Origin: Cyanophora paradoxa CCMP329
Lineage: Eukaryota; Plantae; Glaucophyta
Assembly: GCA_004431415.1 (NCBI GenBank)
Contig: QPMI01000179.1
Location: forward strand, 1-64,000
DNA length: 64,000 bases
Reading direction: 5' to 3'
A program made the translations under genes and the position numbers. Of the stretch, positions 46,646 through 56,586 are shown in pieces. The notes beneath the pieces were generated by a model, which worked only from the letters and a program-made list of their open reading frames with translations, had not been told where the DNA came from and made no database searches. Position 1 is the stretch's first letter, and each line of letters opens with the position of its first letter.

Positions 46646-47160
46646 GAAACCACAAGCAATACTTCCTTCACAGAGAAAAACATTCTACGAGTAAAAGAAA
46701 TTCGATGTGATCGCAATAATGGTAAGATAAGAACCACAGGCATTATTATCTTGAACAAAAACCAGGTTCAAGCTGGTTAGGTAGTTCCCGATTCAGCAGT
46801 CTATGATAATGTGGGTGGATTCACCACAGCAAAGATAGTGACTTTCGATAACACAATCAATAATTCAGCTCTTGTAGTCAGAAGTGGAGGAGCCTATATT
46901 TGTGATGGAGCAATTGTGGTGTGGGCTGTTACAGCGAATCAATTTAAATGTGATTGATGACCCTCAATGGTGGACTCTCAGGGAATGTTACCTATCAAAC
47001 TCGAACAGCTACTACAAGAGTTCAAACACCTGAGATAGACAATAGGACAAATGTGAATTTGAATTACAAACGAAATGGAAATACGATTTTCAGTCTTGAA
47101 AAGACAATAGCAGATCTGAATGCAATCACAATCCCAGAAAATAGTGGTCTGAAACAAACC
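46646..47160 (+). pseudogene. Second fibre paralogue fragment
   Basis: SFTEKNILRVKEIRCDRNNGKIRTTGIIILNKNQVQAG*VVPDSAVYDNVGGFTT...RVQTPEIDNRTNVNL. Confidence 0.7.
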
Positions 47161-47214
47161 CATTGCCCAAGAATGTGTATTTCAAGACATGAAACATGTA
47201 TTTCAAGACAGGGA

Positions 47215-48247
47215 CGCCCGTATCAATCATTGCACGGGTTTGGATTCCATCAATTTCTATTGGCACAGTTCCCGCCTTAGGACCCTCATCCTCCTTTGGT
47301 CGGTGATTTAGAAGGGATTCTCTAGAATAGACAAACTTAGGACGCAGACGAGGGTACTCAGGTTTGTTTGTATTGATCACATCTGCAGGCACTTCAATCA
47401 CATTTTGAAGTTCACCTTCAACCTTTTTTCCATTGTCAAGAAGGATCTGCACTCGTCTTGTTGGACCAGATCTAGGAAAAGACTGCTGCCGGCGTATATC
47501 CTCCGCTCGCTGAGGACAGAAACGTTGAATGTGCCCCTGTTTCTTGCAGTAATAACAATTTGGCGGAGGACGATAGGCATTGGAGTCCAAATTTGGAAGC
47601 CGAGAACCCATTTGGGCAGCACTAGAAACATCAATCGGAGGTGAGAAGTTCAGTCCCCCAGTGTTCAGTCTATGACGTTCGGCATCATCAACCCGTACCA
47701 TGAAATCAGAAAGTTGCAGAATCGGCAGATGGTTGAAATGAGTGTAAGCAGGTTTAATCTTCTGATTCAAATGTTCCATAATACGATCGACTAAATTTCG
47801 CTCTTCTTCCCCGGGATATGCCAGCTTGGCCAATTTCAAGGACTCTGTCAAGAAGCTGTGAATGTCGCAATGGACCCCTGTGGAGTCCTGCTTATATGGC
47901 GAAAGTGCATCGAACACTTTGCGCACTTCTATTTTTGAAGGGCAGCAATTTTGTTTAATATCATGCAGTACTGTGGTTATGAAGTTCGCGGGTAAGGGGT
48001 TAGGTTTCACATAGTTTCGCAGGTAGGCGCGTGCTTTGCCAGTACTAGAAAGGAATAGAATTGTGAATTTTTCGGAAACACTAAGTGTAGAGTCGCGCTT
48101 ATACGCGATTTCTAACTCCTTCTCAAAATCGTCAACAGAATAATATTTTTCGTCTCGGTGAAATTCCGCAGAAAACTTTTGAACCTCTTGAGCTAACTTA
48201 TTGATATGACCCGTACGCGCGGCATCAGCACCGCCGTTATCACCCAT
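47215..48247 (-). mobile_element. gag: Gypsy gag (lineage B), truncated just after the protease DTG
   Basis: CYYCKKQGHIQRFC knuckle and TRAMIDTG; homologous to the 18790-20664 ORF. Confidence 0.92.
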
Positions 48248-48354
48248 TTCAAGGTTGTCTATGATAACCTCAAAATCGTCGTTGTCGACGTCGTTGTCTT
48301 CAACTCGCTGCAGGCGCCCGTCAGAACGCCTTTGCCAACTCAGTTTGATAGCTA

Positions 48355-48367
48355 CCGAATGCTACCA
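48355..48367 (-). promoter_or_regulatory. PBS, tRNA-iMet type
   Basis: Minus strand tggtagcattcgg. Confidence 0.7.
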
Positions 48368-48370
48368 AGT

Positions 48371-48494
48371 TAACACGCTAACAGCACAAGACACATATAT
48401 CAACACAACCACACAATCCAAAACACACCAGAACACCCCAAAACCACTTCTGCTCTGCCCTCTCTAAACCCCTGATCCCCCTGCTACCCTATCA
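48371..48494 (-). mobile_element. 5' LTR (~124 bp, TGATAGG...GTTA)
   Basis: Same TGATAGG start as the LTR at 20902; ends 3 nt before the PBS. Confidence 0.55.
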
Positions 48495-48499
48495 TTCGA

Positions 48500-49148
48500 A
48501 TGCATGCGAAGTGGGGTCCCCTGTTGGGCCCAGACCTCGAGATCCAGGATAGCTACGTTCCAGACGTTGGCCTCCACCAGCCGCTCAGCACCGACCGCAA
48601 GATCTTTGTCGGCAGCATACGGGCCGTCTTCGCCCTGCACGAGAACGTGTCGCCCCAGATCCCCTTCACAGCCGCGAAGAGCATTGTTTGGACGTTGTAC
48701 TCCGGGCTCAACGTCTCCGGCATGTCCTTCTGGGGCAACGAAATTGAGAAGATCGCCAGGCAGAGGGAGACGCTCAAGCCGGGGACTCGCCCACCGATCA
48801 AGCTCAACGATGACAAGGGGAAGCCCATCCGGTTGATGGGCAACGACATCCGGAACTGGATACTCGGTGCGCCCGCCAAGGCTGTGGACACCTCGCCCGC
48901 ATGCGCCTGATGGGCCTACACAGTTTCGCCAGGCGTCCTGCGTGCCGTGTCAGTTGCTGCCTGGCGGGCCAAGAACCTGAACACGAACCTGAACCCCCCG
49001 CGGAGACTGGAGACGATCGAGGAGATCGAGCTTCAGAAGCAAGGCCTGCATGAGGTCACCAACGAGGACTTGGGTGAGCTGACAGAGGACTACACGAACC
49101 TGGAGAACTGGGAGGCCATGTTGGTGGCCCGGATGTGGAGGAGTCTCG
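48500..49148 (+). pseudogene. GC3-rich coding fragment with one TGA; possible DDE transposase segment
   Basis: ORFs 48500 and 48947 are in frame; VPDVGLHQPL and LMGNDIRNW loosely recall the D..LH and G.D.R motifs of CMC/Transib-type transposases. Confidence 0.3.
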
Positions 49149-49149
49149 C

Positions 49150-49652
49150 GCCTCCTGGAATCTCACAGGGGTCCCCACCCACACAAAACAGTGTGCAGGG
49201 AGTGCTGGAGTGTTCCAGAACACTCTATAAGGTTTGGATGATGTGAATGGGTGTCTCTTTTTGGGGTTCTTGTATGTGGTCAGTGCTCCCCCTGTTGCCC
49301 CCCAAAATTTCACAGGGGTCCACGTCCACACAAAGCTGTGGGTAGGAAGCCATGGGGGGTTCCAGAGCACTCTGTCAGGTTTGGATTATGCAAATGGGTG
49401 CCGCTTTTTGGGGTTCTTGTTTGGGGTCAGTGCTCCCCCTGTTGTCCCCCAAAAATTCACAGGGGTCCCCGTCCACACAAAGCTGTGGGTAGGAAGAAGA
49501 AGAGAAGAGTATGTATAAGACACGCCCAAGCCAGCTGTGGGTAGGAAGCCATGGGGGGTTCCAGAGCACTCTGTCAGTTTCACATGCAGAGAATGGGTGT
49601 TGTATTTCTAGTTTCTTGTTTTGGGGTCAGCGCCCCCCCCAGTTGCACCTCC
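49150..49652 (+). repeat. SatB, ~3 monomers, containing a 36-bp insert
   Basis: Monomer match; insert at 49497-49532. Confidence 0.92.
49497..49532 (-). mobile_element. 36-bp retroposed insert with (CTT)n tail and 16-bp target site duplication
   Basis: agctgtgggtaggaag flanks the insert at 49481-49496 and 49533-49548. Confidence 0.8.
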
Positions 49653-49654
49653 CC

Positions 49655-49903
49655 ATTAGTTGGTTGGAAGAAGTTCGCATTTAACATAAGAAGTCGAGTT
49701 GTTTGAACTTCACCCGAATTCTTATCTGCTCTCAGCTCTTTAACCCAAAAAATCGAGTTTTTATCAAAAGAGTTACCATTGGAATTGGGTCTCTCTGCGG
49801 ATTCTAAACCACGAACCTCATCATTAACTTCTTGTTGTCGAAAACGCATTTCTGGGGATCCCAGGGAAAAGATAGGCAGTTGAACCCGATTATATTCACC
49901 CAT
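49655..49903 (-). pseudogene. N-terminus of a third fibre paralogue
   Basis: MGEYNRVQLP...NSFDKNSIFWVKELRADKNSGEVQTTRLLMLNAN aligns with SFSKNCVIRCKEIRCDRNGGKLRTTGLIVSNKN. Confidence 0.65.
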
Positions 49904-49938
49904 TGCTTCTTTTACTAAGAAGGAAAGAAAAATAATGT

Positions 49939-50204
49939 TTAGGACTCTTCTGTGAGATTGTTATACTCAGTGCCTTTCTTTACAGTTCCCCTTTGGAATG
50001 TCTGTAATACAATCGCTTCCTTGGAGGTCAGTATCTGAACACCTGATGAGATGCAAGATTGAATCTCGTTCTGAACAATGTCATCAATTACGATTCATGC
50101 CCTGTTATGAACCACATTATCTATCCAATCCTGAACAGAAGCAGCACAATATTCCATTCCCAACTTTTTGGTATCCGAGAGACCCACTGGTATATATTTA
50201 ACAT
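49939..50204 (-). pseudogene. Small virus-like protein upstream of the fibre gene, one in-frame TGA
   Basis: IPVGLSDTKKLGMEYCAASVQDWIDNVVHNRA*IVIDDIVQ...TSKEAIVLQTFQRGTVK; not in the ORF track; ends ~35 bp before the fibre ATG. Confidence 0.5.
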
Positions 50205-50327
50205 TATATGAGACTGAGCAGTTCTTATTGTATAGAGAGAAAATTATACGAAACTGAGCAGTTCACCTGTGAAACTGGTTCGATTTGTATAGCTACCTGC
50301 ATTATTGGTTACAAGTGTTACGTACTC

Positions 50328-50510
50328 AGGGAGAACTGGATTGTTCCAGAGCACTCAATCAGGTTTGGATGATGTGAATGGGTGTCTCTTTACGGGGTTT
50401 TTGTTTCAAGTCAGCGCTCCCCCTGTTGTCCCCCAAAAATTCACAGGGGTCCCCATCCATACAAAAAAGTGGGCAGGGAGCCCTGGGGTGTTTCAGAGCA
50501 CTCTGTCAAG
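50328..50510 (+). repeat. SatB segment
   Basis: Monomer match; joins the integrase via shared tca(a)gg. Confidence 0.9.
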
Positions 50511-51157
50511 GTGGTGAATTCGATTATTTTCTGCTAGCCGAGCTTGAGCGGCTCTTTAAAATAAAACATGTTCTTTCTTCGTCGTACCACCCGCAATCTC
50601 AGGGTGCGGTCGAAAAATTCAATGATGTTCTAGTCACTCGACTGCGTTTTTATATTGAGGACAATTCCAAGACTTGGGACAAACATTTGCCTTTCGCACT
50701 TCTCGCTGTGCGCAATTACAAGAACCCTACGACGGGTTATACACCTTTCGAAATGGTGTATGGACGGCCTTGTGTGTTGCCGACGGATTTGTTGGTGACT
50801 CCCGAACTTGTTCTGGATCCTGCTGAGGCTGGTACATACCCGCAGCAGTTGGCTCGCAGATTTTCACGGATTTATTCTGATATCCAAGGAGTTAAGAATG
50901 ACTATTTGGCTACTCAAAAGAATCTTAAGCAGTTGTACCTCCCTGGAGAATTCGTGAAGGTTCGGATCCCTTCGACTCGTCGCTCTGACAAGTTGTCCCC
51001 TCGCTACACTGGGCCATGGATTATTTTGAAGGAAGTTTCTCATGGAAAAGGTGTTACTTTCCTTGTGGAGTATGTTGGACCTAAGGCTCGCGATGCGCCT
51101 AAATTGAAATCTCGCATTATGGTTCATGCTTCCAGGATGGCGCCTTGGACTGAGTAG
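50510..51157 (+). mobile_element. pol: Gypsy integrase C-terminal half with GPY/F module
   Basis: QGGEF...YHPQSQGAVEKFN...TGYTPFEMVYGR...KLSPRYTGPW...VHASRM. Confidence 0.93.
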
Positions 51158-51215
51158 TTTCTTTCTTTACTTATTGGCGAGCGAGGACGTCGCCTTTTCT
51201 TACTACAGAGCGAGT

Positions 51216-51392
51216 TGAGCTGAAGCGTAGTTCGCCTAAGTCAGTGTGTCATAGTACCCCCTGATGTACCCTAGCCTACTCTGATGTACGGGGGCTTGCC
51301 CCTCAGTTGGTGTGTTGGGTGGAAATACAGTGTGGTGTCCAGGAACTTGTCCTGGTGCATCAGCGTGTGAACCCATAGTGTACTACGGGACA
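51216..51392 (+). mobile_element. 3' LTR (177 bp)
   Basis: TG...CA, paralogue of 41842-42019, directly after the integrase 3' region. Confidence 0.88.
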
Positions 51393-52801
51393 GGCTTTAT
51401 TGATGACTTTAGAGAATGGAACGAGAATGAGTTTGTCCATGTGGCAGGTGGCCCAGCTCATTCTCGTGGAGGACGTATCAAGGTATTGCTTGTCAATCTC
51501 GATCCAAGGTCTGACAGGGGACCGGCAGTAATACCTGAAGGTACTCGGCTAGCCAGGTTTGTTCCAAGCAAGAGTAAAACATCAGTTGTCCACAACATGC
51601 CGGAAATCTGTGATGTCAACCTGGTGCTGAATTATGACTCATCTGGGAAAGGAAGTTTTGTGCACACTTCTGAGTACAAGGGTCCTGATTCAGTAGATGT
51701 CACTGCGTCCGAAGCCGTTCTCCAGTCTTCTTTTGATGATTCAAGTAAAAGAGTTTCAGATTCTGTTGTAAATAACTCGACTTCATTAGATAGCGATAAA
51801 AAGAGTTCTGTCTTGTCGCAATCAGGTTCTATACCAGTATCTTCGGTCCATGAAGTGTTTTTGAAGGAGATTCGGGAGCGATTTGGTGATAATGTTGCAA
51901 GCCTTATTTCTCCATGCAGTGTTGGTTCAGCTGATGATAATCTTGATGAGAGGAAGCTTATGTGGGATTTCTTGGCGAGAAAGCATGAAGTATTTGCTGA
52001 GGGTCAATGGAAACATGATGATTCCAGACCTGGTCCTCCTATTGAGCATAACATTGATACTGGAGATGCAAAACCGATTGCTGAACCTCCAAGACGTCTC
52101 TCTTTTGACCAGCGCCAAAAGATTGTTCAAGAGACTCAAAAGCTGATCGACAGGAATTTAATTCGTCCTTCTAGAAGCCCTTGGGCCGCTCCAGTGGTCC
52201 TTGCGCTGCTCCATATCATCCCCAATCGCAGGGTCTGGTGGAAAAGTTCAACGATGTTCTCGTCACTCGCCTTCGTTTCTATGCGGAACAGAACGAGAAG
52301 CAATGGGACTTGTTCATTCCTTTCGCCTTGTTTGCGATTCGCAACTTCAAGAATCCTTCGACTGGATTCACAACTTTCGAGATGTTGTACGGTCGACAGT
52401 GTACGCTTCCTACTGATTTGTTGCTTCAACCTGATATCACTGTCGGCAACTCTGCCTCTACTCACGCTGCTGAACTTGGTCGTCGGTTCTCGCTTATCTA
52501 CTCCGAGGCTAATCTGGTTCGGCAAGCTCGACAGGATGCGCAAGGGCAAGCTGACTCACCCTCGGGTGACCCGTTGTTCGTTCAAGGTGAACTGGTTTGT
52601 GTCAAGACCCCTTCGACTCGTTTGCGCAAGATGGACCCCAAGTTCACTGGTCCTTGGGAGATCGTTGCTGATGCCTCTCGTGGACAAGGTGTGTCCTATG
52701 TGGTTCGATTTGTTGGTGGTGACAACAAGCTTGGCTATTCTACCGGTGACAAGGTTACGGTTCACGCTGATCGTCTCATCCCCTACGTTGAGCGTGATTG
52801 A
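51393..52801 (+). mobile_element. pol: Lineage-A pol copy with ~1.97 kb internal deletion (RT-RH-IN)
   Basis: Matches the reverse complement of ~62414-61610, then jumps to ~59638 at ...PVVL|AAPYHPQSQG. Confidence 0.92.
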
Positions 52802-52843
52802 GTTGGCCAGCGAGGTCGTGGCCCTCTCAACTACGGAGCGAAA

Positions 52844-53006
52844 TGTTGTATCTCGAACCCAAACTCGAGCCCAAATTCCCCCTCGTAGGATAGCCCTGTG
52901 CCTTGTGTGTGGTAGTCAGTTGGGGGCTTGTACTGGCTTCTGGAATAAATACACGAGACTCTTGCAAATGACGGGTAAACATGTTCTCCTAAGTGTTCTT
53001 TGATCA
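52844..53006 (+). mobile_element. 3' LTR (163 bp, TGTTG...GATCA)
   Basis: Follows the integrase stop and hairpin; contains aataaa; mirror copy at 58837-58999. Confidence 0.75.
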
Positions 53007-53019
53007 TTTCTGGCCGCAA

Positions 53020-53290
53020 CCCGTCAGACCGAATCAGTCGAATTTTATCGACTGACTCTGCGACAGAATCGGTCGACAACATCAGTCGATCGACCAACTC
53101 TGTCGATCGACTGATTCTGCGCCAGAAACGGTCGACCAAATCAGTTGAATTTTATCGACTGACTCTGCGACAGAATCGGTCGACAAAATCAGTCGATCGA
53201 CCAACTCTCTCGATACTGATTCTGCGACAGAATTGTCGACAGATTCTGTCGAATTTTATCGACTGATTCTGTCGCGGAATCTATCGAAGG
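53020..53290. repeat. GAATCAGTCGA/TCGACTGATTC motif cluster, possible DNA transposon subterminal repeats
   Basis: An ~11-bp motif in both orientations with an ~107-bp super-period; starts CCCGTCAGAC; mirror copy at 58553-58823. Confidence 0.7.
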
Positions 53291-55599
53291 TATTGCAATA
53301 CCCCGAAAGTGCAGATATAGACACCGCCTAAAGAAGCTTGACACCCTCATCAAGCATGTCAATCGGTGCACCGGCAAAGTCATTCCCGGCCCTAGCTGTC
53401 TGCTTGCGGCGTCCCCCCGGGCCCGGCCCCGCAAGCCGCCCGCCGTCCGCCCTGCCCGCCGCCACTCGCCCCGCCTCTCCTGAGACCGCCCCGCTGGGAG
53501 CACGGGTGGGTGGGTGGGGGGCGCGGGCGGGGCAGCACGGGCGGGCTGGGCGTCGGCCGGCGGCGTCGGCGGCGTCGTCGGCACGCCCCCCCCGCGGCCA
53601 GAGCGCGATGGGGCGGCCCAGTGCTCGCTCCTGCGGCAGGGTGTGTGGCGGGCGGGTGGGGGCACGGGTGGGCAGCACGGGCAGGCTGGGCGTCGGCCGG
53701 CGGCGGTGTTGTCGGCACGTTCTCTCGCGGCCGGGACGCGACAGGGCGGCCCTGCGCTCGCTCCTGCGGCGGGGCGCGCGGCAGGCGGGCCGGGGGTGCG
53801 GGAGGGGCAGCACGGGCGGGCTGGGCGTCGGCCGGCGGCGTCGGTGCAGTCGGCGGTCATGCGGCACCTCGCCGCCGAGCTTGCTGCGCTTTGCCGTTAG
53901 GCGAGCGCTTAAATGGAAACAGAATCGAACGGGACACTGCGCACCTTGGCCAGGAGAGGGAGCAGCAGACCAGCTCGATCTCGCGCCCCTCTGACAGCAT
54001 CCTGCGACCGTGAAGACGAGGGCGAGGGCCAAGCGCTTGCTGCGCTCGTAGCGTCAATTGAAAGACAAGAAGAATGCGCGCCGACAAACAACCGCACCAG
54101 CGCCCGGGCAGCAGCAAGCATGAATTCGAAAGCGCCAGCAGCCACACGTCCGGAGAGCGGCACGCGCTGCACTGAGCACGCCGCCAAGTTACAAAAAGAT
54201 CAAAGCGCGATCAGCAGATACAAGAGCGAGCACCTGGCCTGCAGAAGAAGGCGCCGGGCAAACTGGGTGGTGGTCTTCTGCTCGCGGGGACCAGTGACAT
54301 CCGCTCCCTGGCCCGCCAGCGGAGTGAGGGATTGAATCAAAGGAGAGGAAATGAAAAGCACCTTGCTTCACCTCCACAGCTGCCGCCTACGTTCCGCGCG
54401 TGCCTGTCAGAGGCAGAACGTCCATCGGCGACAGCCACGGGAGGAATGGACAACAAAGGCAACAAGAAGGTTGACAGCGATGCGTTCGCGAGTGTTCGTG
54501 GCAGCAACCGGGTGCCAGCCACCCTGAAGCAACGCTCTGCGTTTGAAATCAGGCGGGCGGCAGGCGGCGAGAGGCGCGAAAGGATGCAAGAAAGGATGCA
54601 AGTTCGCTGCGGTGGCAGCAAGTCCGTTTGACCTGGTTTGAAAAGCGGAATCAGAGACGCGGGCAGCCCTGCGAGACCCCGGAGGAGCCAACGAACCGAG
54701 CCGCTGTGAGAGTGAAGCGCGTCCGCAAGGCGGCCTTCCTTCGAGGCTGCAGCTGGCAGCAAGGAATTTGGGCACTTGAAGGCACTTGAAGGCAGCAAGT
54801 TTGGGGTATACCACTGTTGGAAAAAGCCTTGTGAGGCCCACAGCAGCAGGGCCGCGGCGGCGGCCGTGCCGTAGTACAGCTTTTCGAGGACGCCAGAAGC
54901 GAATGCCAACAGCTCTTGCGGCCCTCGCTTGCGGGTGCTCGCTCCAAGCAGCATGAGGCAGCTACAAGCACACGAGCTGGTAACTGGGGGGCCAGCTCCC
55001 CCCGTGGTGTCGTCCCTGTGCTGCGCCGATCCACAGCTAGATCGACCCGGCGCGCAACCCCGCGCTGGGCGACTTCGCCGTGCTGGCCGGGTTCTTTGCG
55101 CAGTATCTCTACCAGACAGCCCCGTGGTCGATTTGGAGGGTAGAGGTGCAGGCTGGCGCGGCCGGCCGCGGATGCGGTACTGGTCGCCGGCGGAGCTCTC
55201 TCGCATGTTTGGGCGCATAGCGCGTCCCTTAAGATGCTCACGCAGTGCTCTCTGACTCTGGACAGGCCGGGCGCTGCGTGAGCGAGCGGACCGACGCAGC
55301 CTCCCGATTGGCGGTGGCCTCGGGTGCGCCTGCCTAGCACAGCATTGGGCCAGCGACACGCGAGCACGTGGCTAAAGAGGTCCAGACCACCGGGATGGGT
55401 GAGCCGCCTCGGATCATCGCAGTTTGGGAGACGTTCTTCTACACTGCCTGGGTGAGCCGGCTGGGCCCGTGCGCCTTGCTAACGGGACACGTAAGCCTTG
55501 CTGACGGGGCGCGCCGGTAACACAGGATACCGCTGGGCCGGAAGACGCCGCGTGAAGCCCAGGGGCTGGGGTGCGGCGGGTGGCGACGCCGCTCGCGGG

Positions 55600-55768
55600 C
55601 CCGTAAAGAGACACCCATTCACATCATCCAAACCTGATTGAGTGCTCTGGAACAATCCAGTTCTCCCTGCCCACTGTTTTGTGTGGGTGGGGACCCCTGT
55701 GAGTTTTTGGGGTGCAACAGGGGGAAGCGCTGACCCCCAAACAAGAAACTAGAAATAACGACACCCAT
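55600..55768 (-). repeat. SatB monomer in the spacer of the inverted duplication
   Basis: cccgtaaagagacacccattcacatcatccaaacctg... Confidence 0.9.
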
Positions 55769-55769
55769 T

Positions 55770-56586
55770 TCGACGTACGTCTGCTTTTTGCTAATTTTGA
55801 CAGTGGCAAGATTTGTTGTGCTCAAAATGTTCAAGGTCATTCGATCAGTGCTTCTACCCCAAGCTGTGATGCCTCGTCTCTGGAACAGAGGACCATGCTT
55901 GTTTCCAAACAGAAGGGAGAATTCATTCGAGTGCCTCTCTCTCAGTGTACCAGCAAGGTTTCTTTGTCTCTTTCCGCTTTCCCCAGAAGGCATTATGGAT
56001 CACTTGGTGGAATTTCGAAGAGCAAACAATGTCTTGAAATTGTTGGAACTAGCAGTAGCACTTCACACCCAAAAAGTCCCTCTGACAACTCCCACTCTCC
56101 TAGAGAGAATTCTCCAGCAGGGAGACGGTTTGCTGTCACTCCACCTGGGAGATCGTTGGTCGAAGTTGTCATCAATGGCACCACTTATGAGTTTTTGCTG
56201 GACAGTGGGGCTGATATTTCACTGGTCACGAGTAGACTGGTGCAGAAGTTGAAACTTCAAAATCAGGTAATTAAGACCTTATTCACGCCTTGTGTTTGCC
56301 TGCCAAATTCACATCTTGTTAATGTACCTGGCGAGATTCTGATTAAAGGGTCAATCGGTCCTTTGACAGCATCTTTCCCTTTCCTTGTTGTGGACTTTCC
56401 CAATTATCCGTATGCTGGCATTCTTGGACAAGATTTCTTGTCTGAATTTGGAGTGACATATAAGAATGAACAGATGAACAGGCGTTCCATCACATTCTCG
56501 AAGTTCCCAGATCAGCCAGTGGAGCGTAAGATTGCTTCTATTGCTTTTGGATCAGATCAGCAGCATGGATCCTTGCCAGATTCTCC
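55770..56586 (+). mobile_element. pol: Gypsy protease fragment (lineage A)
   Basis: AGRRFAVTPPGRSLVEV...LLDSGAD...GILGQDF. Confidence 0.92.

Noticed and set aside
49497-49532. Tn5/Nextera adapter contamination (tgtcttatacat)
   Set aside because: Not identical to CTGTCTCTTATACACATCT; it has a 16-bp TSD and diverged relatives.
50510-51157. Chromodomain or env gene after integrase
   Set aside because: The integrases end right after the GPY/F module and the LTR follows within ~60 bp.
41842-51392. One intact LTR element spanning the two 177-178 bp LTRs
   Set aside because: No TSD (cgagc vs ggctt), about 11 differences between the LTRs, and unrelated interior.
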